Positions 45,198 through 55,135 of a stretch of 64,000 nt of DNA are shown here, piece by piece (position 1 is the stretch's first letter; each line of letters opens with the position of its first letter). The DNA comes from Deltaproteobacteria bacterium (GTDB taxonomy: Bacteria > Myxococcota_A > Polyangia > Polyangiales > Houyiibacteriaceae), in assembly GCA_034670305.1 (NCBI GenBank), contig JAXMNT010000014.1, positions 64,001-128,000 of the forward strand. The letters are read 5' to 3'. Under the pieces are notes generated by a model. It was not told the DNA's origin, did no database searches, and saw nothing but the letters and a program-made list of their open reading frames with translations. The position numbers and the translations under genes were made by a program.

Positions 45198-45209
45198 CTG
45201 CCAATACGC

Positions 45210-45280
45210 GCCTGGCTCGCTTCGCGAGTGGCGGCCCCATGTTCGCGCCCGTCTTTCTGAAGGGAAACGTGCTCGCCGCG
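45210..45280 (+). repeat. Degenerate repeat module A
   Basis: GCCTGGCTCGCTTCGCGAGTGGCGGCCCCATGTTCGCGCCCGTC...CGTGCTCGCCGC. Confidence 0.75.
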
Positions 45281-45388
45281 GAGGCGAAGGGCCTCCTTCA
45301 CCCAGTGCACCGAACGTTCCTGTGCATGACTCGTATGCACTTGTGGGAGACTCACCGAGTCGCGCATGAGCGCCTCCGTTCCTCCAAC

Positions 45389-46213
45389 ATGGATACCCCC
45401 ACCTTGACTCGATTGCTCTGCGTCAGCGCCCTCGCCCTCACCCTCTTTGCTTGCACAGACGACACACCCACATGCGGTGTCGTTGGTTCCACCCAGACTT
45501 GTGTCTGTCCCGGCGGGGCGTCGGGTGCCCAGACATGCCAAGCCGACGGCACGTTCGGCGTGTGCAGGTGTTCGGGGATGGACGCGGGAGGCAGCGTCGA
45601 TTCGGGTACGGATGCCGCGTGCATCCCCAGCTGTGGCGCACGTGTGTGTGGCGACGATGGCTGCGGTGGGGTGTGTGGTGAGTGCACGGCGCCCGAGACA
45701 TGCTCGCCGGGCGGCACCTGTGCGTGTGTCCCCAGCTGCGGCGGCGCCGCGTGTGGAGCGGACGATGGGTGTGGGGGCGTGTGCGAAGAGGGCACCTGCT
45801 CGGGCGACGCGACCTGCATGGCGGGTGCGTGCATGATCGAACGCTGCTTGACCGAGTGCATGGATGCAATCCACTGCGACGCCGCCCTCGAAGATTCCTA
45901 CTCGTGCCTCTACTACCCAGACGGAGTTCAGGGAGGCTGCACAGGGTTCATGCGGGATCCATCGAACCCGAGCTGCGAGTTCGAAGCTTGTCCAGAGGGC
46001 TTCACGTGCCGCGGCTTTGCGTGCAACCGCAACTGTGAGACCGCGGCGGACTGCGGTCCCGGCCAGACGTGTGTGGGCGTCAACGGCCCACCCACCCCTT
46101 CGGTCCCGAGACACTGCGCGGTCCGGCTGACGGTCCCGCCCGAGAGTGGCCCGTGTGGACCGGACGGGAGCTGCGCCGACGGCACCCAGTGCCAGGCCGT
46201 CCCCGCGCCTTAA
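45389..46213 (+). CDS. Cys-rich lipoprotein
   Basis: Lipobox LFAC; CIPSCGARVCGDDGCGGVCGEC repeats. Confidence 0.8.
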   Translation: MDTPTLTRLLCVSALALTLFACTDDTPTCGVVGSTQTCVCPGGASGAQTCQADGTFGVCRCSGMDAGGSVDSGTDAACIPSCGARVCGDDGCGGVCGECTAPETCSPGGTCACVPSCGGAACGADDGCGGVCEEGTCSGDATCMAGACMIERCLTECMDAIHCDAALEDSYSCLYYPDGVQGGCTGFMRDPSNPSCEFEACPEGFTCRGFACNRNCETAADCGPGQTCVGVNGPPTPSVPRHCAVRLTVPPESGPCGPDGSCADGTQCQAVPAP

Positions 46214-47268
46214 GCCTCGCGCGCTTCGGCCGCCGGTTGGGTCACGCCGTCGCGGCTGGCCCACCAGTCGGCGAGCACCGGCCAGAGCTTGCGGTGCGCG
46301 CTCGAGCTCACGACCGCGCCGACGTGCCCGCCCGGCAGGTGGGTGTGGGTGAGGTCTTCGCTGGATGCGCGTTCCACGAGCGGCAGCGCGCTCTTCTTCG
46401 GCACGATGGTGTCGTGTTCGAACGTGAGCACGTGCATCGGCATCGCCAGCGTTTCCAGATGCACCGGGTGCCCGTCGAGTTCGAGGGTGCCGCGCATGAG
46501 CGCGTCCTCGCGGTAGAACTTCTGCACCCACGCGCGGAAGAGTTCGCCGGGCAAGGACACGTTGTCGTTCGCCCAGCGCTCCTTCGCGAAGAAGCCATCG
46601 AGCATGTCGTCGGTCCACTCCGCGTCGTGGCGCGCGCGGCCGAGCAAGAACATCGCCTTCGAAGGCGAGAGTAGAGGCTGCGCCAAGGTGAACGCGGTCT
46701 GCAGGAGCGTGGACGGAGCGTTGCCGAGCCCGCCGACGAACGCATCCACGTCGAAGTCCGGGTGTCGGGTCCAGCGCGCGAGCACCGTGTCGTCGTCCTC
46801 GAACGCGACCGGTGCCGCGAGCGTGGTCAAAGACGCGATGCGCTCCGGATGCACCGCGGCGTGCACCGTGGTCAGCGTGCCGCCCATGCAGTAGCCGAGA
46901 AGGTGTGCCTTCGGTGCCCCGCTGTGTTTGCACGCGCGGCGGAGCACACGGCCGATCGCCGTGCCGACCAGATCGTCGAACGAGGTGAACCGGTCCTCCG
47001 GCGCGGGCTGGCCCCAGTCGACCACGTAGACCTCGTGGCCGCGCGCGACGAGCCACTCGACCAGGCTGCGTCCGGGCGCGAGGTCGAGCACGTACCAGCG
47101 GTTGATGAGCGAAGGCACCATGACGATCGGCGTCTGGTACCGGCGCTCGGTCGGCACGAAACGCAGGAGGCGCCAGCGGCGCTCGGCGTGCACGACCTCG
47201 TGACGGGTCTGCGCGACCTCGGGCTTCGGCCGGCGCAAGAGCCCGGCGAGGTTCTTCCACATCGCCAT
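46210..47268 (-). CDS. phaC: PHA synthase, class III/IV PhaC subunit
   Basis: TPIVMVPSLINRWYVLDLAPGRSLV, DWG, GYCMGG (catalytic Cys), EHDTIV, GGHVG. Confidence 0.88.
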   Translation of the reverse strand: MAMWKNLAGLLRRPKPEVAQTRHEVVHAERRWRLLRFVPTERRYQTPIVMVPSLINRWYVLDLAPGRSLVEWLVARGHEVYVVDWGQPAPEDRFTSFDDLVGTAIGRVLRRACKHSGAPKAHLLGYCMGGTLTTVHAAVHPERIASLTTLAAPVAFEDDDTVLARWTRHPDFDVDAFVGGLGNAPSTLLQTAFTLAQPLLSPSKAMFLLGRARHDAEWTDDMLDGFFAKERWANDNVSLPGELFRAWVQKFYREDALMRGTLELDGHPVHLETLAMPMHVLTFEHDTIVPKKSALPLVERASSEDLTHTHLPGGHVGAVVSSSAHRKLWPVLADWWASRDGVTQPAAEAREA

Positions 47269-47270
47269 GG

Positions 47271-48965
47271 TCAGCCCGGCTCCTCGTAGAGCGCCGCGAG
47301 CCGCTCCCCGAAGCGTTCGTAGATCGCCTTGCGACGGATCTTCAACGTCGGGGTGAGCAGCCCGTCTTCGACCGTGAGCGGCTCGTCGATCACCGCGAAC
47401 TTCTTGATCGTCTCGAACCGCGCGAGCTGTGCGTTGACCCGATCGATGCGGGACTGAACGAGCGCGTCCCGCGCGGCCAGCCGTTCGTCCGCCGCGACGC
47501 CGTCGAGCTTCTTGGCGATCGCGGCCTCGTCGATCCAGACCCCCGCCACGAGGTACTTGCGCGCGTCGCCGTAGACGACGACCTGGGTGACGTAGGGGTC
47601 GGCGGCGAAGCGGGTCTCGATGTTGGTCGGGGCCACGTTCTTGCCACCCGCGGTCACGAGAATGTCCTTCTTGCGGCCGATGATCTGAAGGAAGCCGTCT
47701 TCGGTGAACCGGCCGAGGTCGCCGGTGCGAAAGAAGCCGTCTTCGTCGAACGCGGCCGCGGTGGCTTCGGGGTTGTCGTGGTAGCCGCCGAAGATGCTCG
47801 GCCCGCGCGCGAGGATCTCTCCGTCGTCTCCGAGTTTGAGCTCGACCGAAGGAAACGGCTTGCCGACCGAGTCGAAACGAAACGCGCCCGGCCGGTTGAG
47901 CGTGAGCGTGGGCGAACATTCGGTGAGGCCATAGCCCTCGAGCAGGAGCACATCCTGCGTGAAGAAGAAGTCCTTCACCCCGCGGTCGAGCCCCGCGCCG
48001 CCGCTCAGACAGAACCGCAGCCGGCCGCCCGTCACCCGCGCGAACTCGGTCGCGGCGTCCGGCGCCTTCTGGGACCACGTCGCGAGCTTCTCCCATACAC
48101 TCGGCACACTCATGAAGACGTGCGGGCGCACCCGCGGAAGGTCGTCCATCACTTGCTTCGGATCGCTCAAGTAGCTGACCCAGCCGAGCTGGTTGCCGGC
48201 GCCCGCTTCTCCGTAGCCGAAGATGTGGCTCATCGGCAGCCAGAGCAAATCCACCGCGCCTTCGTCGAGTCGCTCGGCGTTGTTCTCGAGCCAGTCGCGC
48301 CCGTTGACGCCGACGTTGCGGTGGGTGAGCGGCACCCCCTTCGGTGGTCCGCTCGTGCCGCTGGTGTAGAGCATGATCGCCGGCTGATCGAGGTCGATCG
48401 CCGCGAGCTTCGCGTCGAGCGCGCCCGGATCCTCCGCCGCGACGGCCGCGCCTTTGGCACGCAGCATCGACCAGGTGAGCACCCGCTTCGCAAGCGCCGG
48501 CACCCGCTCTTCGAACCCGGCCCGAAGCCGCCCGGCGAGCCCGTCCTCGAAGACGACGAACGCGTCCACGTCGGCGCAATGCTCAGCCGCTTCGACGATG
48601 CGGTCGATGAGCGGCGCGGTGTCGACGAAGAGCACCTTGGCGCCGCTGTGCCCCACCACATACGCCGCCTGTTCGGCGGTGCTCGACCCGTAGATCGGCA
48701 CCATCACGCCGCCGGCGGCCTGGATGCCGAGCGCGGCCGAGAGCCACTCGACGCGGTTGGGCGCGAAGATGCACGCGCGGGCACCCGGTGCGATCGGCAG
48801 GCCGAGCGCGACGTCGCGGATCTGTTCGGCGAACGTGCGCCAGGTCACCGGCTGCCAGGCGTCGCCGTCGGGCACCATGAACCGCGCCTGCTCGCCGCGC
48901 GCTTCGAGGTGGTCGAAGATCACCGCGGGGGCGGGACGGATCGCGAGGTAAGGAGAGACGTCCAT
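47271..48965 (-). CDS. Long-chain fatty acid-CoA ligase (AMP-binding)
   Basis: [52 protein letters not shown]. Confidence 0.92.
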   Translation of the reverse strand: MDVSPYLAIRPAPAVIFDHLEARGEQARFMVPDGDAWQPVTWRTFAEQIRDVALGLPIAPGARACIFAPNRVEWLSAALGIQAAGGVMVPIYGSSTAEQAAYVVGHSGAKVLFVDTAPLIDRIVEAAEHCADVDAFVVFEDGLAGRLRAGFEERVPALAKRVLTWSMLRAKGAAVAAEDPGALDAKLAAIDLDQPAIMLYTSGTSGPPKGVPLTHRNVGVNGRDWLENNAERLDEGAVDLLWLPMSHIFGYGEAGAGNQLGWVSYLSDPKQVMDDLPRVRPHVFMSVPSVWEKLATWSQKAPDAATEFARVTGGRLRFCLSGGAGLDRGVKDFFFTQDVLLLEGYGLTECSPTLTLNRPGAFRFDSVGKPFPSVELKLGDDGEILARGPSIFGGYHDNPEATAAAFDEDGFFRTGDLGRFTEDGFLQIIGRKKDILVTAGGKNVAPTNIETRFAADPYVTQVVVYGDARKYLVAGVWIDEAAIAKKLDGVAADERLAARDALVQSRIDRVNAQLARFETIKKFAVIDEPLTVEDGLLTPTLKIRRKAIYERFGERLAALYEEPG

Positions 48966-48966
48966 C

Positions 48967-49308
48967 TCACGCTCCGTCGGTGGAGGCGCCGCGCGCGGCT
49001 TCGAGATCCTCGAGCTTCTCTTCGAGGTCGATGAGCCGGCTCTGCAGCTCGTCGATCGCACGCAGGGTGCGGACTTGGTCTTGCTGTGTCGCCAGCCCGA
49101 AGCCGCCCCACCAATCGCGCAGGAAACGCTGCTGCTTGCGCTGCGCCCGCGTGACCAAACCAAGCACTTTGCCGGCCGGTGCGAACGTCGAAGCACTGCC
49201 GAGCATGGACTCGAAGAGGGGGGCCGCGGCGGTTTCCCAGGCGCGGTAGGTCTGCTCGAAGAGCGACCAGGGATCGGGGGTCTCGTGCGGGTCGTTGGGC
49301 TGGGTCAT
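48967..49308 (-). CDS. phaE: Short PhaE-like PHA synthase subunit
   Basis: [23 protein letters not shown], coiled coil [15 protein letters not shown]; sits upstream of phaC. Confidence 0.65.
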   Translation of the reverse strand: MTQPNDPHETPDPWSLFEQTYRAWETAAAPLFESMLGSASTFAPAGKVLGLVTRAQRKQQRFLRDWWGGFGLATQQDQVRTLRAIDELQSRLIDLEEKLEDLEAARGASTDGA

Positions 49309-49331
49309 GGGTCTCGTACCTGGTTGGCGAA

Positions 49332-50171
49332 TCACTCGAGGGAGAGGCGGCGCAGCTCGCTGGCCACGTCGAAGTCGGGGTTGGTCTCGTCGGGGCGGCT
49401 GGTGGCACGCGCGACCTCGCCGAAGCACTCGAAGAGCCAGCTCACCTGGCGGCGGCTGGTCGGTGCGCCGACGGTCGGTTCCACGGTGACGCGGGTGTCG
49501 ACGCGGTGCGCTTGGTCGAAGCTCAGGTCGGGCAGCTCGAGCCGCCCGGTGCCGACCACGCGCACTTCGTAGACGTCGCGTCCCGCGTAGGGCAGACCGA
49601 GCAGGGTGCCGCCCGACACCTCGCCAACCGACACGTGTTCCGAGCCGGCTTCGATCGGGAAGCGGTAGAGCAGCACCGGCGCGGTGTAGACGAGCAAGGT
49701 CTGTCCGGAAGCCGGCGCCTCTTCGCGGCTCGCGACACCGTGCAAACGCAAACCGTCCGGGTCGTGGGTGTAGACCCCGAGCGTGTTGCCCGCCGCGTCC
49801 ACCGGCGCGGCGAACTCACCAGCCGGGAACGAGTCCGCGAACCAGTGATCGCCGAGCGCACTGGCTTCGATGCGGGCGATTCCGTCGTCGGCGAAGTCGA
49901 GTGAGAGGTCCCAGACCCGCTGCTCGTCGATCACCGTGCCGACCACGTTCACGGCGCGCTCGGTGCCAGGCGGGTTGACGACCAGCCCGACCGGGATGCC
50001 GAGCGCCGGTTGGATCTCGACCGCGTCGATGCGGCCGTCGAGGTTCGGGATGCACTCGAGCCCGCCCGCGTCCGGACCGACGAATGCGTCGCGGATGGGG
50101 AAGGTCTGGTTGGTATTGCAGGCGAGCAAGAGCAGCCCGGCGAGCGCGACCGTGGGGGTTCGGAACGTCAT
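49332..50171 (-). CDS. Lipoprotein (paralog of 52959-53915)
   Basis: Lipobox LLAC; CIPNLDGRID, RVWDLS, ECFGEV, ELRRL. Confidence 0.8.
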   Translation of the reverse strand: MTFRTPTVALAGLLLLACNTNQTFPIRDAFVGPDAGGLECIPNLDGRIDAVEIQPALGIPVGLVVNPPGTERAVNVVGTVIDEQRVWDLSLDFADDGIARIEASALGDHWFADSFPAGEFAAPVDAAGNTLGVYTHDPDGLRLHGVASREEAPASGQTLLVYTAPVLLYRFPIEAGSEHVSVGEVSGGTLLGLPYAGRDVYEVRVVGTGRLELPDLSFDQAHRVDTRVTVEPTVGAPTSRRQVSWLFECFGEVARATSRPDETNPDFDVASELRRLSLE

Positions 50172-51844
50172 CAGTAGTGCAGTCCCAGTCGGAAGCGGAG
50201 CAGCTGCGCGGGTTTCGCGTCGAGGCCCGCGCTCGGGTTGTCAAAGGCAGCGAATGGAAAGAACGCCGCGTACTCGATCGCGGCGACGAAGCCGTTCGTG
50301 GTGGTGTAGGCGAGCGTCGGGTCGAGCTCGATGCCGAGCGGGCGCGCACCGCTCGGCGTGCTGGAGGCCTGCGCCGCAAACGACGCGATGACGGCGAGGG
50401 AGAGATCGAGGCGGCCGGGTCCGACCTCGGCCAGGCGGATGCGGCCGTGCGGCCTCAGGTAGATGGTGTCGGTGACGGTGCCGAGGATCTCTCGGAAGAG
50501 GATCCGGTCGATGCGGTAGTCGGGATGAAACCGGAAGTTGTCGACGCGGGTGTCGAAGGGCGCGGACGCCTGCGGTCCGTCGATGTCGCCGGCCACCGGC
50601 GCGGGTGCGTTCGGACCGCCGTTGCGTGCGCCGAGCTGCGCACCGAATCCGGGCGAGGGATCGCCGCTCGCGTAGCCCGCGTCGAAGCCGGCTGCGACGC
50701 CGCCGGTCTGCACGCCGTGATCGGGACCGAACTCGGACTCGAACGCGAGCCCGAACTGGCGACTCGTGAACGCGTCCCGCAACTCCACGCCCGGAATGAG
50801 CGAAGGCTGACCGATGCGGGCGCCGAGGTACGCCGCTTCGAGTTCGATGCGCCCGGTCGGAAGCGTGAGCCGCGCCCAGACGTCCACCGCGGTGGCCCGG
50901 AAGTCGCGCGGGGTGACCTGCGCGCCGTCGATGGCGACGGGGCTCGCGACCGGGAGGTAGTGCGCCGGCACGTCGCGGTCCTGCCAGCGGTGCGACACGT
51001 ACGCGCCGTACTCGAAGCTCGGCTTGCCGGCGCGCGCGCGGCGCCGGCGCGCGACATCGGAGTGGAAGTCGAGCACCGCGAAGGTCACCGTGCGCACATC
51101 GTCCCACGGGTCGAGGTCGACGGCGCGGCGGGGGTGGTTGCGCGGGGTGCTCGGACCGGTCGCGGTGAAGTCGTAGCTGATCGCCCACACGTGGCCGAGC
51201 AGCGGCGTGAGGAAGGCGATGCGATCGGCGGCGTCGCCGCTGTCGCAGCTCGCGCAGTCTCCGCCGTTGGCGAGCATGCCGAGGCCCCAGTGGTTGCCCA
51301 TGCGCCCGAACGCGAGCAACCCGAACGGGGTCAACACCTCGCCGTACGCGCGTTTGATCCGGATGGGCTCGCGCGCATCGCGTTGCGACACCGCGACCGA
51401 AGGCACCCCGTCCGGTTGGGAACCGAGCGAGAGGTTGTCGAGTCCGTCGAGGCGGATTTTGATCGCCACCGACGCGGCCGGCACGATGAGCGCGATGTCG
51501 GTGCGCAAGCGCATGTCCGCGTGGGTCAGCGTCTGCGCGTTCGGGTCGGAGAGCGGCACCGGGAAGAGCGCCTGACCGCTCGGGCTCAGCCCGCGGTCGA
51601 GGTCGAGGTTGTAGAGCAACTCGAAGCGCGCCCGAAGCGCGCCCGAGAAGTGCACGGTGGTCTCGGCTTCGGACTCGATGTCTTGGCCGATGTCGGTGAA
51701 GCCGGACGCCTCCGCGGGCGACGCAGCCGCCAGCACGAGGAGCACGGAGAGCACGGCCCACGGGCACGCGGTCCTTGCGGTCCGTGCGGTCCGCATGGGG
51801 CGCGCGCGCCGCGGCTGCGCGAACGATGGACGCAGATCGATCAT
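50171..51844 (-). CDS. Outer-membrane beta-barrel, TIGR04551-like
   Basis: RFELLYNLDL, ADMRLR, IKRAYGEVLTPFG, GRMGNHWGLGMLANGGD, FRFHPDYRIDRILFREILG; C-terminal GLHY. Confidence 0.8.
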   Translation of the reverse strand: MIDLRPSFAQPRRARPMRTARTARTACPWAVLSVLLVLAAASPAEASGFTDIGQDIESEAETTVHFSGALRARFELLYNLDLDRGLSPSGQALFPVPLSDPNAQTLTHADMRLRTDIALIVPAASVAIKIRLDGLDNLSLGSQPDGVPSVAVSQRDAREPIRIKRAYGEVLTPFGLLAFGRMGNHWGLGMLANGGDCASCDSGDAADRIAFLTPLLGHVWAISYDFTATGPSTPRNHPRRAVDLDPWDDVRTVTFAVLDFHSDVARRRRARAGKPSFEYGAYVSHRWQDRDVPAHYLPVASPVAIDGAQVTPRDFRATAVDVWARLTLPTGRIELEAAYLGARIGQPSLIPGVELRDAFTSRQFGLAFESEFGPDHGVQTGGVAAGFDAGYASGDPSPGFGAQLGARNGGPNAPAPVAGDIDGPQASAPFDTRVDNFRFHPDYRIDRILFREILGTVTDTIYLRPHGRIRLAEVGPGRLDLSLAVIASFAAQASSTPSGARPLGIELDPTLAYTTTNGFVAAIEYAAFFPFAAFDNPSAGLDAKPAQLLRFRLGLHY

Positions 51845-52962
51845 CGCGTGCCCCACGGGTTGCGGCCGGTGTCGCTCGGTTCGTTCGCGGGGGCATCCGA
51901 TGTTGGGTCCGATGGATCCGCAGTGTCCGGGTCGGCGGTCGGGCCGTCGCCCAGGTCGGGCCGCGGAGCCGGAACCGTCTGCGCCTGCGGCGGTTCGGTG
52001 GAACGCGCGGTCGAAGTTTCGGTGGCTTCGCCCGGCTGCAGGAACGCCAGCAGGTCGCGGGTCGAAGGACGGGCCGCTTCGATCATCGGGAAGTGTCCGC
52101 AGAGCGGATAGACCTCGAGCCGCGCGTTCGCCAGATCGTTGGAGAGCCGTTCGCCCACCTCGAGGGTGGTCACCGCGTCTTCGCGTCCCCAGAGCAGCAG
52201 CACCGGCTGTTCGATCTCCCGGTAGTGCGTTTGCTGGGTCTCGAAACGCATCGCCCGAACCGACGCCAGCGCCGCGGCGCGGGTGCCCGGCCGCCGAACT
52301 TGCGCCTCGACTTCCTCGACGAGCGCCTGCGGGATGATCTCCGGGTCGTGGAACGCGAGCGCGATCTTGTCCTCGGTCCGCTCCGCGTAGAAGCCCGCGA
52401 AGATCATCTCGCCGACACCGCGCGCACGGGCCCAGTGAAACGTGGTCGGCAGCTGCTCGGCGTACACCCACGCGTCGTAGAGTGCGATGCGCTCGACCCG
52501 TTCGGGCGCGACGAGCGCGACCTTGAGCGCGATGGACGACCCGTAGGAGTGGGCGACGAACGCGGCGCGATCCACGCTGCGGGCGTCCATGAGCGCGAGC
52601 ACGATGCGCGCCTGCTCTTCGGGGGAGTAGTCGCCCGCAGGCCGGCCGCTGTGGCCGAACCCTTTGAGATCGAGCGCGAGCACCCGGTAGTCGTCTCGCA
52701 GCGCTTGCCGCACGCCGGTCCAGACGCCGATGGAGCTCGCGAAGCCGTGGACGAGCACGACGACCGGCGCGTCCCGCGGGCCCTCGTCGACGTAGCGGAT
52801 CGAAGTGCCGCGCAACGTCAGGAAGGTCGCCTCGTCCGGCGACTCGGGCAGCGTGCCCGCGTGGTAGGGCAGACAGCCGCTCAAACTCACCAGCGTGGTG
52901 AGAGCGGCGAGTCCGAACCGGACCGACCTCCCTCTCCGAGCACGCGTCGCGGCACCGGTCAC
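51841..52962 (-). CDS. Lipoprotein alpha/beta hydrolase
   Basis: LSGC lipobox; HGF, DLKGFG, AHSYG nucleophile, WGRED, GHFP. Confidence 0.88.
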   Translation of the reverse strand: MTGAATRARRGRSVRFGLAALTTLVSLSGCLPYHAGTLPESPDEATFLTLRGTSIRYVDEGPRDAPVVVLVHGFASSIGVWTGVRQALRDDYRVLALDLKGFGHSGRPAGDYSPEEQARIVLALMDARSVDRAAFVAHSYGSSIALKVALVAPERVERIALYDAWVYAEQLPTTFHWARARGVGEMIFAGFYAERTEDKIALAFHDPEIIPQALVEEVEAQVRRPGTRAAALASVRAMRFETQQTHYREIEQPVLLLWGREDAVTTLEVGERLSNDLANARLEVYPLCGHFPMIEAARPSTRDLLAFLQPGEATETSTARSTEPPQAQTVPAPRPDLGDGPTADPDTADPSDPTSDAPANEPSDTGRNPWGTR

Positions 52963-53915
52963 GGCGCGAGCCTGCGGACTTCGGCGAGCTCGATGAGCTC
53001 GTCGCCGTCGTCGTTGTCGTTGCCGGTGAGCACTGCGACCGTTCCGAAACACTCGGTGACGAGCGCGAAGCTGACTTTGGTGGTCACCGCGAAGCCCACG
53101 GTGCGGCGAAGCTCGGTGCGGACCCGCAGCACATCGAAGCGGCCGAACGGCGTGACGAGCGTGCCCTCCGCATCGACCTCGCTCGAGTACGTCTCGGTGT
53201 AGTTGCTGAAGATCCCAAGCGCGAGGCCACTGACCGTCACGTCGCTCTCCCAAGAGGCGCCGAGCGAGAGCGGAAACTGCAGCACCGAGACCGCCGGGTC
53301 GTTCTCGAGGTTGGTCCGGTCGAACCCTTCGTCGGGCGAGACCACCCCACGCAACGAGAGCGTGCTGCCGTCGACTTCGAAGACGCCGAGCAGGTCGCTC
53401 TCGAGGCTGAGCGGGGTCACGTACGTCGCGCCGGGATAGTCCGAGTCGAACCACTCCCCGCTCGGGTCCGCGGTCTCGACGAGCACCATGCGGTCGCCGG
53501 TGAAGTCGGCGCTCAGATCCCAAGTGCGCACGCCCTCGACCATCGTGCCGGCGGTGTTGAACGCGACGTCGGTGGCGCCCCGAAAGGTGGCCCGCAGGCC
53601 GGCGCGGATCGGGACCTCGGCGCGTTCGATGATCCCGTCGCGGTTGGGCGCGCAGACGATGCCGCCGCCGTCGCCGGCGTCCATCGCCGGCGCGTCGGCT
53701 GCCGGTGCGTCGACCGCCGCGTCGACGGCTTCGGGGGCGTCGGGCTGGAACGCGTCGCCGGCGCCAGCGTCGGCGTCGACCGGCACGCAGCGACCATCGG
53801 CCATGCAGATGCCGGACGCGCAGTCGGCGCCGACGGTGCACTGGCGCCCACTGTTCGCGGCGCACGCGCCCACGACCAAGCCCAGCACCACCCCGATCCA
53901 CCCGTGCACGTTCAC
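52959..53915 (-). CDS. Lipoprotein (paralog of 49332-50171) with N-terminal Cys motif
   Basis: VVGAC lipobox; CAPNRDGIIE, RTWDLS, ECFGTV, EVRRL; GTG start estimated. Confidence 0.78.
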   Translation of the reverse strand: MNVHGWIGVVLGLVVGACAANSGRQCTVGADCASGICMADGRCVPVDADAGAGDAFQPDAPEAVDAAVDAPAADAPAMDAGDGGGIVCAPNRDGIIERAEVPIRAGLRATFRGATDVAFNTAGTMVEGVRTWDLSADFTGDRMVLVETADPSGEWFDSDYPGATYVTPLSLESDLLGVFEVDGSTLSLRGVVSPDEGFDRTNLENDPAVSVLQFPLSLGASWESDVTVSGLALGIFSNYTETYSSEVDAEGTLVTPFGRFDVLRVRTELRRTVGFAVTTKVSFALVTECFGTVAVLTGNDNDDGDELIELAEVRRLAP

Positions 53916-54018
53916 CCGACACCTCCATCGACCTTCGCACGTGCAGGAGAATCTCTTGCGCAGTGCAGCGAGGCCGAACGCCGACGAAATACGGGACGTT
54001 CCGAGCACTGTCAACCAG

Positions 54019-54057
54019 ATTGTTGCAACGCACAATGCTCGACCTTGCAGCGCAGCA
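54019..54057. promoter_or_regulatory. PhaR-like TGC-N3-GCA boxes in the divergent promoter
   Basis: ATTGTTGCAACGCACAAT and TTGCAGCGCAGCA upstream of phaR. Confidence 0.7.
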
Positions 54058-54080
54058 CGAATCCCGCTATCACCCTCCCC

Positions 54081-54623
54081 GTGATCATCGTCAAGAAGTA
54101 CAGCAACCGGCGCCTCTACGACACCGACCAGAGCCGCTACATCACCCTGGACGAGCTGGCCGAGCGCATCCGCGCCGGAGACGACGTGCGGGTGGTCGAC
54201 GCGAAGACCGGCGACGACCTCACCCAGCCGGTCCTTGCGCAGATCATCCTCGAGAGCCGCGGCGCGGCGAAGCTCTTGCCCGCCACGCTGCTCGCGCAGC
54301 TCATCCGCATGAACGACGAGGATCTCTCGAATTTCATGGGACGCTACATGTCGTGGGCGCTGGAGATCTACTTCCAGGCGAAACGCGGCGCCTCCCATCT
54401 CGGACCGCTCGGAGGACTCGCGCAAGCACCGTTTCAAGCGACGAGCGCGATGGCGCGCATGCTTCAGGGCATGGGCCCGTGGAACATGCCGGGCATGCGG
54501 CCGCCTGGGGTGACGCCGACCCCACCGGTCGCACCCGAACCGCCCGCCGATCAGGTCGACGACCTGGCGACCCTGCGGCGCGAGATCGAAGCCCTCAAAG
54601 AAGCGATGGGGACCAAGAAGTGA
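54081..54623 (+). CDS. phaR: PHA synthesis repressor PhaR
   Basis: IIVKKYSNRRLYDT.QSRYITL, VVDAKTGDDLT..VLAQIILE, LAQLIR. Confidence 0.92.
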   Translation: MIIVKKYSNRRLYDTDQSRYITLDELAERIRAGDDVRVVDAKTGDDLTQPVLAQIILESRGAAKLLPATLLAQLIRMNDEDLSNFMGRYMSWALEIYFQAKRGASHLGPLGGLAQAPFQATSAMARMLQGMGPWNMPGMRPPGVTPTPPVAPEPPADQVDDLATLRREIEALKEAMGTKK

Positions 54624-54638
54624 GCGCACGCACAAGAG

Positions 54639-54657
54639 TTTGTGCACCGCAACATTT
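54639..54657. promoter_or_regulatory. PhaR-like box upstream of the phasin-like gene
   Basis: TTTGTGCACCGCAACATTT. Confidence 0.7.
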
Positions 54658-54750
54658 CTGTCTTGACGGGAGGCCTTCCGCGACCCAACTTCGGCTCGCC
54701 GCGACAGCGAACTAACGATTTTCACGAACAAAGCGCGGCAAGGAGACCTC

Positions 54751-55029
54751 ATGGACCCGATGACGCAGATGCAGCAGAACATGGCCGCTCAGGCCCAGGC
54801 GATGATGACCGACACGGTCACGAAGTGGTGGAAGACCGCGCTCGAGACCCAGGTCGCGCAGATGAACGCGATGCTCGTGGAGCTCGGCAAAGTGGAGACG
54901 AAGGGCGTCGAGCAGGCCGGCACAGCGATCGACGAAGTCGCGCGGCTTGGCAAAGCGGGCCTCGAAGCCAGCGCACAGCTGCAAGCGGCTTGGCGCCGCA
55001 TCGGGCAGCAGGTGATCGAGAAGGTCTGA
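54751..55029 (+). CDS. Phasin-like small helical protein
   Basis: AGGAG RBS; Ala/Gln-rich amphipathic helices; PhaR-like box upstream. Confidence 0.65.
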   Translation: MDPMTQMQQNMAAQAQAMMTDTVTKWWKTALETQVAQMNAMLVELGKVETKGVEQAGTAIDEVARLGKAGLEASAQLQAAWRRIGQQVIEKV

Positions 55030-55135
55030 GCGAAGACCGGGTCGCCTCTCGAGGCCGCCCGGAAACCCACCGCCGACGCGGGCCGGTCAGCGGTCCGCGT
55101 TCGTGCGTTCCATGTGTTGCGAGAGGAGAGACGTC

